Source: Malacoraja senta (lineage: Eukaryota). Taken from it: a stretch of 64,000 bases of DNA. The position numbers were made by a program, and so were the translations under genes. The stretch covers positions 9,550,001 through 9,614,000 of the forward strand of contig CM075988.1 in the NCBI GenBank assembly GCA_038087875.1, in the 5' to 3' direction. Below are positions 25,261 through 37,716 of this stretch, piece after piece. The notes beneath the pieces were generated by a model, which was not told the origin of the DNA, searched no databases, and saw nothing but the letters and a program-made list of their open reading frames with translations. Position 1 is the stretch's first letter. Each line of letters begins with the position of its first letter.

Positions 25261-25759
25261 ATACTCTCTATTTAACAATTTGACTAAATCACATAACACT
25301 CTTTCCTTCAGGTAGCAGCATCTTTGATGTTGTTTGATGTCTGGTGTTGCACGCTCTCATCTTTCCACCTCAACTGTTGTTCCACCTCAACTGTTCATGT
25401 TTCAGCAAAGGGAAACATTTGTCAAAATCATTCAGTGCTGAGAGTACTATGCAGTTGAATTGTACATTATACCAGTGATGATAAAAAAATATTTAAATTA
25501 TTCAAAAATAGCAGTCTAACACGCATGGAAAATATCCATTAATTGCCTCTATTTTTTCATACAGTATGTTCACGACAATGCAACTTCATTAATCCTTTGT
25601 GCAAAGCTGCCAGAAGATAATAACAACACACGATTTTTTCACCATCTAAATTAAGTATTCAAAATCACCTTCCAAATTCAATATTTAGGTCCCATTCCTA
25701 TTTTCATTTTGGAGAATGAGCACAATTTACCAGCCATTGGATGTGACTTCCCCAGGGCC

Positions 25760-26130
25760 CAGGGTACAAAATGATGAGAAGAATAGATCGGGTAGACGCA
25801 CTGAGTAGGGGAGGTAATCAAGAACTCGGGGACATTGGTTTAAATTGAGGGAGGGAAAGATTTAATAAGAACCTGAGGGGTAACCTTTTCACACAAAGGG
25901 TGGTGGGAATATGATACAAGCTGTCGCAAGAGGTAGTTGAGGCAGGTACTATCTGAACAGTTAAGAAACAGTTGGACAGGTACATGGATAAGACAGGTTT
26001 AGAGGGATACGGGTCAAACGCAGGCAGGTGGGACTAGTGTAGATGGAACATATTGTAGATGGGACATGTTGGTTGGTGTGTGTAAGTTGGGCCAAAGGGC
26101 CTGTTTCCACACTGTAAGACTATGACTATC
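25760..26130 (+). mobile_element. CR1 3' fragment
   Basis: aggggtaaccttttcacacaaagggtggtg...gggcctgtttccacactgt...(gactat)n tail. Confidence 0.8.
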
Positions 26131-26949
26131 ACTGGATTTTCTGAACGTCCAGATCTTTCATGGTGCTTTAACCCTTTTGCAAGGGAGCCTACACCAAAGT
26201 GAAATGTGATTTTGCACCTAGTAGAATGGAAAACATTGAGAGTGTCAAAGATGATTGCACATGACTAAACTCAATCCTTATGGGAGCCTTGGATGAAAAA
26301 ATGCTTCACAGTCCTGTTGAGTTCTAGTTCATCAGCATCTCTGTAACATTTAGACTTACTTATTTTTTCTTTCTAATGGTGCAAATGATGAAGCCATGTC
26401 GCCAACTTTACATTGATGATGAACCATCTGTACTGGTGAACTGGAGCCACTTCTATCACTCGCTCTCAAGCCTTATTCATGTTGTTTTCATGGATGACGT
26501 TCCCTGTAAATCATTGTGCCTTTCCTTTGCTCAGATTATCCATCGGGAAGATAATTCCTTAACCTTTTCGAAACTGGAACTAAACTACACTGACTTTGGC
26601 TTCAAATAGTTATTCTTAAGATAATGCAGATTCTTTCTGGATGTTAACATGTCCATTTTGTTTCATCACATAACAAAGTTAAATAGCCAAGTCATTGTTG
26701 ATGCATTGATCCTAGCAAAGGTTTATGTGAGTTTTTTTTAAATCATTGCTCTGTCAACTAATGCAACCACCTGAGGCAATAAAACCAATAATATTAACTG
26801 TAATCATCTGCATGATGAGCTCCATGCACATTTGAATTTCTGACATTTAGTTGCTCATAAACACAATTTTTATATAACTCTTGTCTTTACATCTCTGGTC
26901 TTTTTCAAACCATCTGATTATCAAATCCCTTCCCCTCACCTGCACCTCA

Positions 26950-27290
26950 AAGATAGACACAAAATGCTGGAGTAACTCAGCGGGTCAGGCAGTATCTCTG
27001 GTGAAAAGGAAAGTGATGATTTGGATCAAGATCCTTCTTCAAACCAGCATCTGCAGTTGCTCCCGACACATTTTGTCTACCTATCATTCACCAGGCTTTG
27101 TCCTGGTCCTCCTCACTTCCAGTAGCCCTCCCCCCCCCCCCCCTCCCCACCACAATCAGTCTTAAGAAGAGTCCCATCCATAAGCATCACCAATCCATGT
27201 TCCCCAGAGCTGCTGCCTGACCCCCTAAATTAGTCCAGCTCTAGTTGTGTCTTCTTTTGTAAACCATCATCTCCAGCTCCTTGTATCTCC
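26950..27290. mobile_element. Inverted Penelope pLTR-derived repeats
   Basis: Minus copy 26950-27040 and plus copy about 27157-27290. Confidence 0.6.
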
Positions 27291-28641
27291 ATTTTGATAA
27301 TCTTTCAATGTTGTGGCTACTATCTCTCTGGAACACCAGAGGGAAAACTGATCAGCTGTTCAAATCTTCTGTAATGATGAAAACTGTGTATATGCGTTGA
27401 ATTGGTATGAACTAGGGCAGCAGTCGAGATACAATTTTTTTTTCTATTCAACTAATGAAACCTTAACGTTAAAGAACAAGAAGCAGTAAAGTCTGCGAGA
27501 ACACAATACTTTTCCTACATTTTTTCCAAAAACGCCCATAACTCCAAGGTCCTTTTTAGTACCATTACCTCTATCATATGTCCTGCCCCCAGGACCAGCT
27601 TAGCTGGGTCTCCTGCTAAGTGCAAAGAATTTACTACATTTTTCACCAGCAAAGTTAAGAACATCAGAACGAATATTTCCCCTCCCATCCGTGACCTAGC
27701 TGTCTCATTGTTCTGTTCTTCAAAATTAGACTGTTTCCAACCCGTTACTCTACCCTCCATTGTAAAGCTGGTCACCACTATGAAACCTACTACCTGCCCC
27801 CTTGACGTTGTCCCCTCTGCCCTTCTGAAGGATGTCATTGCAATAGCCGGTCCCAGCATTCTCGCCATCATCAACAGTTCTCTGGCCACTGGCACTGTTC
27901 CTACCTGCTTCAAGCAGGTCCAGCCCCTCATGAAAAAACCTAACCTAGACCCCACCTTGCCTAGCAACTACAGACCTATTTCCAAACTGCCTTTCCTTTC
28001 AAAGGTCCTTGAAAAGGTAATTTTAAATCAACTTATGCCTTACCTACACCAGAATATCATCCTGGAAACTTTCCAATCAGGTTTCAGGGTCCACCATAGC
28101 CCAGAGTCTGCCTTGCTGAAGGTACATAACAACCTACTTCTCACCATTGACTCCGGTGACTGTGCAATCCTGCTCCTTCTCGACCTCAGCGCAGCATTTG
28201 ATACAGTCGACCACACCATCCTAATTGACCGTCTCCGGTATGGGGTTGGTATTGATGGCACTGCCCTGAGCTGGTTCGTCTCCTACCTCAAAGATAGGAG
28301 TTTCTCTACAAACATAGGCAACTCTTTCTCCTCCCCAGCTAGCCTTTGCTGCGGGGCTCCACAAGGCTCCATCCTAGGCCCCATTCTCTTCTCCCTGTAT
28401 ATGCTCCCCTTAGGCCAAGTCATTCAGAGGCACGGCATTTCCTTCCACAGCTATGCAGACGATACCCAACTCTATCCCCCCCTGAAGCAATCAAATCTAC
28501 TCAGCCTTATGCACTACCTCGAGGATATAAAGTGTTGGATGGCCCAGAACTTCCTCCAACTAAATGAGAGTAAGTATGAGGTCATCCTACTCGCCCCCTC
28601 GGACTCCATCAAAATGATAGCTGGCATCCTTGGAAGCCTTA

Positions 28642-30443
28642 AAGCCCTGTCTCACTGTGCGAGTTGACCCACGAGTGACCACGAGTGAAAGACTCGTGGT
28701 TGCGTACGATACTACAAGTTTATGATCCAGAGTTTAACCGAGTTCCCACGGGTATGTCTAAGTTTCCCGTTTACTTCTCATTTCTGCGATGTTCCAAGTT
28801 CGTCTCCCGAGTGTACCAAGTTCCTCTCCCGTTAATCTTGAGGCAACAATGTATATCGAAGTGTTGAAAAATCATCACATGTTAAAAAAATGATGTCATG
28901 CCAGCCAAAGAACGTAGAGACTATTGTGTTTGCTGCATGTGTTCTGCACAACCTGATCCGTATCAGAGGTGCAGCTTCAGGATCAGCAACAGCCATGCAG
29001 GACGGTGACTTAGTGGACAGTCAAACAGGGAGAATAACACTAGGTGCGTGGAGGAGTGGTACAAACGACGAGACTTTGGTGCCACTGCAGTGTTTTCGAA
29101 GTAACACGGGGACCAACAGTGCAAAAGAGCAGAGAGACCATCTCTGCTCCTACTATAATTCAGAATTGGGCAGTGTGCCGTGGCAGGACAGCTTAGTTTG
29201 AGCGGCTGCCGACCACAGGTACATCACTGCACGAGGAGAGCCCACATGCAGAAAAATCCAGTTAATTTCATGTTTAGTTTAATCCTGCTGACTTTTCTTT
29301 GTTTAACTTTAAGTGTGGATTTTATTTTTTATTGTGGTGTAAAAGTAATTTCATTGCATCTGTCTTTCCTTTAAAACGTGGTTATCATGCATCTGCTTAT
29401 CTGATTGTAGATCTCAAAACTTGTCATTTAGCGCATTGCATTGTATCTTTTATTGCCTGAATTTAGACTTGTGCATTTCTCAGCTGAATTAGTATATAGT
29501 GGAAATACTTTTATTTGGGCTTCATTTGTTGATTTTCATGTATGAGAAGCCCTTTTTCAGACCACTGTGTTGTTTGCTGTGGTGCTCCTTTTCTCAATAT
29601 GTGCAAAAAAGTATTTTTTATATTGAACAAGATGAATAAAGACTTTGTTTCACATTCACCGTGCTGTTTGTCTTATTTTCTGATCTACTGAGAGGGGACA
29701 ATTTTAAACATTTAAAAATCACAGCATATGAGGCAGCTGAGTCCTTAAATCTCACAAATGATTGTGAGAATCAAGATGTGAATATATTTTGCCTTCCTCT
29801 ATTTTGTGTTTTATGATGAAAGGAATATTACATTCAAGTCATGAGACTTTGTAGTGATATTAATATGAAGACTTCCAGACATCAATTTGATCTTGATAGC
29901 AAAGAACTCTCTTTTATTGTGCAATGAAGTAAACAAACAGTGAGAATCAAACGGATCAGCTAAAAGCTTTTCAACACAACACAACACAACACAAATTTAT
30001 ATATAAACTTCAAGCAATTTTTTATTTTCAACCCACTCTGTCTCCTTATCAATAACTTGCTTAACTTTGTTAAGCAGAATTTGTCTTTAAGAAGTCTAAG
30101 TAACTGATATTTCTATCCCTGATTATTGTTTCTAAAAAGAGTTCCCACGGTAGAATCACGAGTCACAAAGTTAAACGCACGGGCCACTACGTTCTTACGA
30201 GTTTAAATGTTTCAAATTTTAACCTCAAGAGTACATTTTACTCGTGGAAAAGTTCAAACATGTTTGAACTTTTTCAAGAGTTAACAAGTTTCACGGGTAC
30301 CTCCCGTTAGCGCCAAGAGTCGCTAAGTTTCGTCCACGAGTTCCGACGTTCCCGCTACGTTAGTTGTACGTGATTACCACGATTTAAATTTGTTTTAAAC
30401 TCGGGGTACCTCGTGGGTCAACTCGCACAGTGAGACAGGGGTT
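28642..30443 (+). mobile_element. PIF/Harbinger deletion derivative F
   Basis: About 33-bp TIR AAGCCCTGTCTCACTGTGCGAGTTGACCCACGAG; TSD TTA at 28639-28641 and 30444-30446. Confidence 0.93.
28890..29201 (+). pseudogene. Harbinger (DDE_Tnp_4/HARBI1-like) transposase C-terminal relic
   Basis: IVFAACVLHNL motif and ...RDHLCSYY...GSVPWQ, typical of Harbinger transposase C-termini. Confidence 0.8.
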
Positions 30444-32171
30444 TTACCCCATTACTCAAACCTCACGTCAAAAGCCTTGGCGTGATATTTGACTCCGCGT
30501 TGAAATTTGACAAAAAAGTCAATGCCGTGGTAAAAGCTAGCTTCTTCCAGCTTCGGACGATAGCTAAAATAAAATAATTCCTCCAATTTGACGACCTTGA
30601 AAAGATCATCCACTCATTTATCTCCTCCCGCCTTGATTACTGCAACTCCCTTTACACTGGTATCAGCCAATCATCCTTGTCCCGCCTGCAATTGGTCCAA
30701 AACGCCGCAGCAAGACTCCTGACGGGCACCCGAAAAAGGGACCACATCACCCCGATTCTGGCCTCTCTCCACTGGCTCCCAGTGCGGTTCCGAATCAATT
30801 TCAAGCTCCTTCTTTATGTATACAAAGCCCTTAACGGGCTTACCCCACCTACATTAAAAATCTGCTTACCCACCATACCACCTCCAGGTCCCTCAGATCA
30901 GCCGACTTGGGGTTACTGACCATCCCGCTGTCTAGGCATAAGCTCAGGGGTGACTGCGCTTTTGCGGTTGCAGCATCTAGACTATGGAACAGCATCCCTC
31001 TTCCCATCAGAACTGCCCGCTCCAACTCTTTTAAGTCTAGACTTAAAACTTACTTCTACTCTCAAGCCTTTCTTGAGGTCCTCTGAGGGAGCGCTGTATG
31101 TATGTATTTATGTATGTATTGTTGAGCTATGTACCACTGTTTGTAGCACGTTAGTACCTGCACTAAAGTAAGGCACTTTGGTCAACGAGAGTTGTTTTAA
31201 AATGTGCTATAGAAATAAAATTGACTTGACTTGAAAGAAAGAAAATTAAGTGATTCAGTTAACCTCCTCGTTTAATGACCTCAGGACTGCCAAGATAATT
31301 TACAGGGAATGCAATGTTTTTGGAGTTTAGTCCCAATAGTGACATTGTTAAAGTAAGATGGGTAGAACAGGGACCAACAGGAATATGTAACAAAATGGTC
31401 AGCAAGTTAGTTAACTTAGTTAATTGACATTGGACAGCGGAACAAAACTGAAAATGTCAGGCTTTCAAAGTATTTGCAGCAACTTGTGTAGATGTACAAA
31501 AGACCCAATTATCTGTCAGATTGTGTGGTATAGTTAACTCCTCTGGGCTCCTCTAATGTATGAATTGATAATAAGCTGCCAACTACTAAATATAAGGAAT
31601 TTGATATCCCTCGATGGGGCGATCGTGATTATATTATCTGAAGGTTGACAATAAACATTAAATGCAATATTTTGAAATTAACTTAAAACACAATTTTATC
31701 AGTGAAATGTCAAATCACCTTTTACAGATTATAATTGAAAATAAATAGCGGCAACTGATTTTTTTCTTCCAGCACCATTTATTGCCGAGAGTGCATCAGA
31801 CTTCCCAGTTTCTAGTGCAAGCTGAAAAGATTCAAACTAAAATCCTTTAAGCCATCTAAGTGAAATTGTTCTTTGCCTTTTATAGACACACTCTGCTGTG
31901 AATTGGCACTATAGAATGCTAAAGCCAGTTAGGGCATAAATAGAGCTGTAAAATGAGTGAGGCAGAGATTGAATAACATTGTTAATCATGGATGAATAAG
32001 CTAACCGTATTTCTCAGCATCAGTATGATTCAAGTTGAGTGATCTTTAAGAGAAGGTTCTCCAACAGATTTAAACACATGGGGGAAGAAGGGGGTAACAC
32101 TGACAGACGCACAATTTGTTTTTTTGTACACATTTACATTCAGAAATATATTTATGCACCACTATTAATTT

Positions 32172-32270
32172 GAAGTCTGAAGAAGGGTCTCGACCCAAAA
32201 CGTCACCTCTTACTTTTCTCCAATTTCTCCAGCTTTACCCGCTGAGTTACTCCAGCATTTTGTATCTATC
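32172..32270 (+). mobile_element. Penelope pLTR-derived repeat
   Basis: agtctgaagaagggtctcgacccaaaacgtcacc...gctgagttactccagcattttg. Confidence 0.75.
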
Positions 32271-32384
32271 TTACGTTCTACCTGTTGGTTCAGCTCAGGG
32301 TAAACATTGATTTGCTCAAAAATCATTACCTTGATTTTAATGTTCAAGATGTTTAAGACTTTGATGTATGTTAATGAGTCCAAT

Positions 32385-32870
32385 TTTCTGACTGCAAAAA
32401 TTGTGAATGTAGCCCAGTTCGTCACACAAACCAGGCTCCCCACCGTTGACTCCATCTGGACTTCACATCAGAAAAGCAGTCAACATAATCAAGGGCCTTT
32501 CTGACCTCTTCTTCTCCCCACCCACAATGGACAGAAGGTACAGAAGCTTGAAAGTATGCATTACCAGACTCAAGAACAGCTTCTTCCCAGCCTCTGTTAT
32601 CAGACTTCTGAACGGTCCTTTCATAAGCTAGGGCACAGTCCCAATTCACCAAACTCCCCCATTGCGAACATTGGACTTTTTTGCTCGAACTGTTATGCTT
32701 CATTGTTAAGAAGCTATATTCTGATTACTGGTATATTTCTGTTTGCCCTATTCTTTGCAATTGTGCTTGCCTTGGTTGTATTCAGGTATAGTATATCTGA
32801 TTTGTTAGGAGAGCAAGAAAACAAAAGCTTTTCACTGTACCTTCATACACATGACCTTCAACGAACCTAA
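32385..32870 (+). mobile_element. Rex1/Babar-like LINE 3' fragment
   Basis: Encodes RRYRSLK...TRLKNSFFP; tail aaaagcttttcactgtacc...catgac. Confidence 0.65.
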
Positions 32871-32979
32871 ACCATACCCTTTTCTTAAATATATTCTGCT
32901 ACTTGTTCTCAACCACCTTCATGATAAAAAAAAAACCACAGACTCATTTTCCTTTGAGTGATCTAACAAAATGGTGAGG

Positions 32980-33106
32980 GAAGGAACTGCAGATGCTAGT
33001 TTACACTGAAGATAGACACAAAATGCTGCAGTAACTTAGCAGGTCAGTCAGCATTTCTGGAGAAAAGGAATAGGTGACATTTCGTGTCGAGACCCTTCGT
33101 CAGACT
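32980..33106 (-). mobile_element. Penelope pLTR-derived repeat with hammerhead core
   Basis: Minus strand reads agtCTGACGAagggtctcgacacGAAAtgtcacc. Confidence 0.75.
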
Positions 33107-33299
33107 CCAAAGTGGTGAAGCAGGCATCAGGGCTGAATGACCACATGACTGGAGTTGTAATAACAATTTTGCATTCCCAGCAATGCTAAAGCAGTTGTGT
33201 TGCTGCATCCTTTACTCCTCATTGTTCAGTATGGATTTGCTCCATTTGATTTACAAGCAGAGATACCACTTACTGCAGGAGAAAATTACAAATATTGTT

Positions 33300-33575
33300 A
33301 TTGATTGATTGAAGATACAGCTTGGAAACAGGCCCTTCGGCCCACCGAGTCCACATTGACCATTGATCATCCATTCACACTAGTAATCCCACTTTCACCT
33401 CCACTCCCTATGCACCAAGGGTAATTTACAGAGGCCAATTAACCTACAAACCCACACTTTATGATGTGAGAGGAAACCGGATCACCCGGAGGAAGCCCAC
33501 GTGGCTAGAGCGAGACCATGCAAACTCCACACAGAGAGCACCCAAGGTCAGGATCAAACCCAGGTCTCTGGTGTT
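33300..33575 (-). mobile_element. V-SINE
   Basis: (TGAT)n tail, central domain and B-box remnant. Confidence 0.8.
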
Positions 33576-33839
33576 GCTCTCCTCAACATGGTCAACACAA
33601 TGTTCATGTCTTGAGTGCAGGCGAAGAGATGCAAAAAGCAGTGGGTTCTCATGAAGACAGTGGTGTTGGAGGTGGTAGGGCCTATGTTAGCGGCTGTTGT
33701 ATGCTACCTTTTGACAAACCAGTGCTGCAGCAAGGACTTGAAAGAAACATTATAGTCATTGTTTCGATAAATTAGAAAGTTTAACGCCTGCTTCAAGGTT
33801 TCATGCAAAGATTGGTAAGTGTATGGAAAGAACTGTTGG

Positions 33840-34010
33840 AGGATGTAGTTGAGGAAGGGATTATCGCAACGTTTAAGAAGCAAATAAACAGGGTCATGGA
33901 TAGGACAGGAACATGAATCAAATGCAGGCAAATGGGACTAGTGTAAATGGGACTTGTCGGTCAGTGTGGGCCAAAGGGCTTGTTTCCACATAGTATGACT
34001 CAATGACTCA
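33840..34010 (+). mobile_element. CR1 3' fragment
   Basis: gggactagtgtaaatggg...gggccaaagggcttgtttccac...(atgactca)n. Confidence 0.7.
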
Positions 34011-34789
34011 AAGTATGACATAGGCTGGTACTATAACTGTGAGATATACATGCAAAGAGATGCTGCCTGTCCCACTGAGTTACTTCAGCATTTTGTGTCT
34101 ATCTTAGTTAACTGGTGGGACTGGTCTAAACAAACCTGCAGTCTGATAGCACAAAGCGCTGGAGGAGCTCAGCGGGCCAGGCAGCATCTCTGGAGGGTCC
34201 CGACCCAAAACATAGCCTACCCATTACCTCCATAAATGTTGCGTGATCTACTGAGTTCCTCCAGTGCTTTGTATTTAGCTCAAGGCTCCAGCATCAGCAG
34301 TTCCTTGAATCTCCTGTGGTCTAATTTGAGTATTTGAAGTTATGCTATAACTTTATTTTACTCCACACCCATTCAAAAGCAGCTGTTTCAGCAGTTCTTG
34401 TATCATAACCATTTTACTTTGTTCTTACACAAGTGGCAAACTTCAGCAGAGGAGGAGAGTGCACAGTTCCTATCACAAAATTAGGTCAGTGTAGTCTCTG
34501 AAACATTTTACCTCACACCCTGTCAGATGTAGGAAGTGTATTCCTGCTGTTCAAGGCATGCTGTTTGAATCCTTGCAGATGCACTTAGGACACCTGAAAT
34601 GTGAGCTACTAGAGCACTTTGTATTTTGCTCACGTTTCCAGCACCTGCAATTCCTTGTGTCTCAACCTTGCTTCTTTGTTAAATGGTTTAATTTGTTTAA
34701 TTTTTATACACATTCTGATTTATTTCATACTAAGAATGATATTGATGCTTTGAAAGTTACTTAATTTAAAAGAAAAACATATTATTGGC

Positions 34790-34948
<159 letters not shown>

Positions 34949-35029
34949 TTGTCGTTGTCTTATTATCGTCCCTGGTGTCCTGCTGGTATTTATCTGCCAT
35001 CTTATTAATTAAAAATAATCATTGTTCAT

Positions 35030-35465
35030 CATAGAACATAGATCTTAGAACAGTCAGCACAGGAACAGGCAATTTGACTAATCGTGTCTATGCTAACTAT
35101 GATGTCAATTTAACTAATCCCATCCGCTTGCACTTGATCCATATCCTTCTGTTCCCTGTCTGTTCATGTATCTGTCTAAATGCTTATTTAACATTGATAT
35201 TGTATCTGTTTTTATCTACATCTTCTGTAAATGTTCCCCTTTCACCTTAAACCTATGCTCTCCAGTGTTTGACATTTACACCCCGGGGAAAAAAAAATTC
35301 TGAATGTATTTCCTATCTATGCCTTTCATAACTTTATACAAATTCCATCAGGTCATCCCTCATTCCAACTCTCTGAATTTAGCATGGAAAGCTGTTCCCA
35401 TGCAGTTAATACTCAGCTAATCAGGTAACATCCTGGTGAACTACTTCTGCACTCTCTGCAAAGCT
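35030..35465 (-). mobile_element. Degraded CR1 3' fragment
   Basis: Reverse complement of the CR1 tail and ORF2 end (ctatgcctttcataactttatac...tggtgaactacttctgcactctc). Confidence 0.65.
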
Positions 35466-35645
35466 AGGGCTGCAGGCTAATTGGCTTGGTAAAATTGTAA
35501 ATTGTCCCTAGTGTGTGTAGGATGGTGCTAGTGTGTGGCGATCACTGGTTGGCATGGACTCGATGGGCCGAAGGGCCTGTTTCCACACTCTATCACTAAT
35601 CTAAACTAAACTAAACTAAACTAAACCGAACTAAACCAACCTAAA
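35466..35645 (+). mobile_element. V-SINE 3' half
   Basis: taattggcttgg...gggccgaagggcctgtttcc...(CTAAA)n. Confidence 0.82.
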
Positions 35646-35737
35646 TGCCCTGATAAGGGTACTCACTGTCTCCACTGCTGGTAAGCCATTAACATTATCT
35701 GATATTCACATCGATTAGTAATTGATCACTGTTTTTG

Positions 35738-35982
35738 GGGTTTAGAGATACAGCGCAGAACGTCTGCGCCGACCAGCGATACCGGCACATTAACACACGC
35801 ACATTAGGGACAAATTACATTTTTCATGTGTGTACGTCGTTGGAGTGTGGGAGGAAACCTCCCGTCTTGGAGAAAACCCAGAGACACGAGGAAAACGTAC
35901 AGACGGCACCCGTAGTCAGGATCGAACCTGTGTCTCTGGCGTTGCAAGTGCTGTAAGGCAGCAACTCTACAGCTGTGCCACC
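35738..35982 (-). mobile_element. V-SINE with internal deletions
   Basis: Tail, central domain, B-box and head present. Confidence 0.8.
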
Positions 35983-36029
35983 ATACTGGTGGCACGATTG
36001 ATGGATAATAGATGACCTTATCACATGGA

Positions 36030-37594
36030 CTACATATGCCAGGCAGGAGAGAAGACTCAACACCTTCTACTAGGTATGTTACAATACTTACCTTCATCGG
36101 CGCTGCAATTCTGCCACTGGCCGTGTGCGCGATTTTGGCGCCTTTGAGGGGGGGGGGGGGGGCGGGGTTAAAACGCGGGTTTCTCCTACCTTGTCCTGTA
36201 TTATATTTCGTTGGAGTGCCAGCGTTTGCTGAAAAATCGTTCCGACGGGAGTTTTGTGTATTTTTTATTTTTATTCGATCGACAATGTCAGCGCTGGAGT
36301 GATTTTAAAATCAGCTTCGAAAGCCGTCAATGCCGACAACGGGGACGGATTTCACGCACGGGACAGGTAAACGAAAGCAGTTTATTTTTTTGTATAAAAG
36401 TGCTCCTTAAGAGGCCTTTAATTCACATTTTTTTAATGCGAAACGGTGATTCTTTTCCCCGAACTAACAGCAGAATTTTTCATGCCGATACGGGGTTAAA
36501 TTCACCGCAAATCAACGTTCCAAATGAACGCGTTCCAGAAAACCCCACTCGCAAGATGATTTAAATGGCCATTAATTTACAGGTATTAAACATTAAATTC
36601 CTTCCATTTGGCCTGTAAATCCATGACAATGAGATTTAAAAATTATGTTATATTGTGAATTCTTGTGTGAATGTTATTTGGACACTTAGGCTATTTAAAA
36701 ATGTTAATCTATTCTTAAGAAATTGATAGATGTTTAGATCTAGTAATTGAATTTTGTAATTAGCTACAATTAGGTAACTAACTAATTATATGCTTTAATT
36801 TCATGTCATCTAAGTAAGATTGTTTCATATTTGTTTCAGAATGCTTCAATCTATAATAACTGAAAATTTATTTCAGTTCTCTTAATTTTTAAGAAAGTTA
36901 TGGGCTTTTGACTGTCCTCGATCACAGCTTTTGTGTTAAGTCAATGGAAAAGCAATAGGGAACAAGATGCTAATTTCCGAGTATGAAAATGGCCATAACT
37001 TTTTTAATACTGAAGATATGAAAGTGAATTAGGTGTCAAATTAAACTTCTTTTTATGCTTTATCTGATGGGATAAATCGTATCCTGGGCATATCCTGGCA
37101 AGACAGAGTGTCCAAAGCCGAGATCCTGTCTACTCAGGCAGCGCAGACTGCGGTGGCTGGGCCATGTCCACCACATGTAGGATGGCCATATTCCTCTATG
37201 GAGAGCTGACATCTGGGAGGAGAACCATTGGCCGCCCCCAGCTACATTACAAGGATGTCTGCAAGAGAGATATGAAGGCGCTCAACAATGATGTGGAGTC
37301 CTGCGAGAGCCTTGCAGCTGACTGCACGAGGTGGAGAGGTACCGTGAACCAACATCTCAAAACGGGGGAAGAGAAACTGTTGAACGCAGCGGCAGGCAAG
37401 CAGGCACTCAGAAAGGAGCGCAGCAACTTCAACAAACCAGAGACCACACACAAATGTGACCTTTGCGACAGAGAGAGTCATTCCCGCATTGGTCTCTTCA
37501 GCCGCAAGCGACGGTGCTCCAGCCGCAGTTTGGAGCAAGCAGCCAACAACTAGGATGCATAACCCATGGTCAGTCATGACCGAGGGGGGCCTAC
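36030..37594 (+). mobile_element. 5'-truncated RTE-clade LINE interrupted by a 1-kb insertion
   Basis: TTYARQERRLNTF (36030-36070) continues as RILGISWQDRVS (37078 onward); LYGELTSGRRTIGRP and CDLC..C2H2-like end; TSD TATCACATGGA at 36019-36029 and 37595-37605. Confidence 0.85.
36071..37077. mobile_element. Unclassified non-coding insertion, probably a non-autonomous DNA transposon missing one end
   Basis: Interrupts the RTE reading frame; starts TAGGTATGTTACAA; carries inverted AAAGTTATGG / CCATAACTTT motifs; no matching right TIR seen. Confidence 0.55.
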
Positions 37595-37716
37595 TATCAC
37601 ATGGAGAACCCTACCCCATCAACCCCTGCCTTCCCTGTTTGGTATCATGAAACCCTTCAGCACAATAAAATATCAGCTGAAGCAATGAACTCCGTACCTG
37701 ATGAGGGGGTTGACTC

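Larger units (their letters stand above)
27480..31233 (+). mobile_element. 5'-truncated L2 LINE split by a Harbinger element
   Basis: RT ORF 27708-28641 ([42 protein letters not shown]); resumes at 30447 (KSLGVIFD, LVQNAAARLLT, LHWLPV); tail tgctatagaaataaaa(ttgac)n. Confidence 0.93.
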
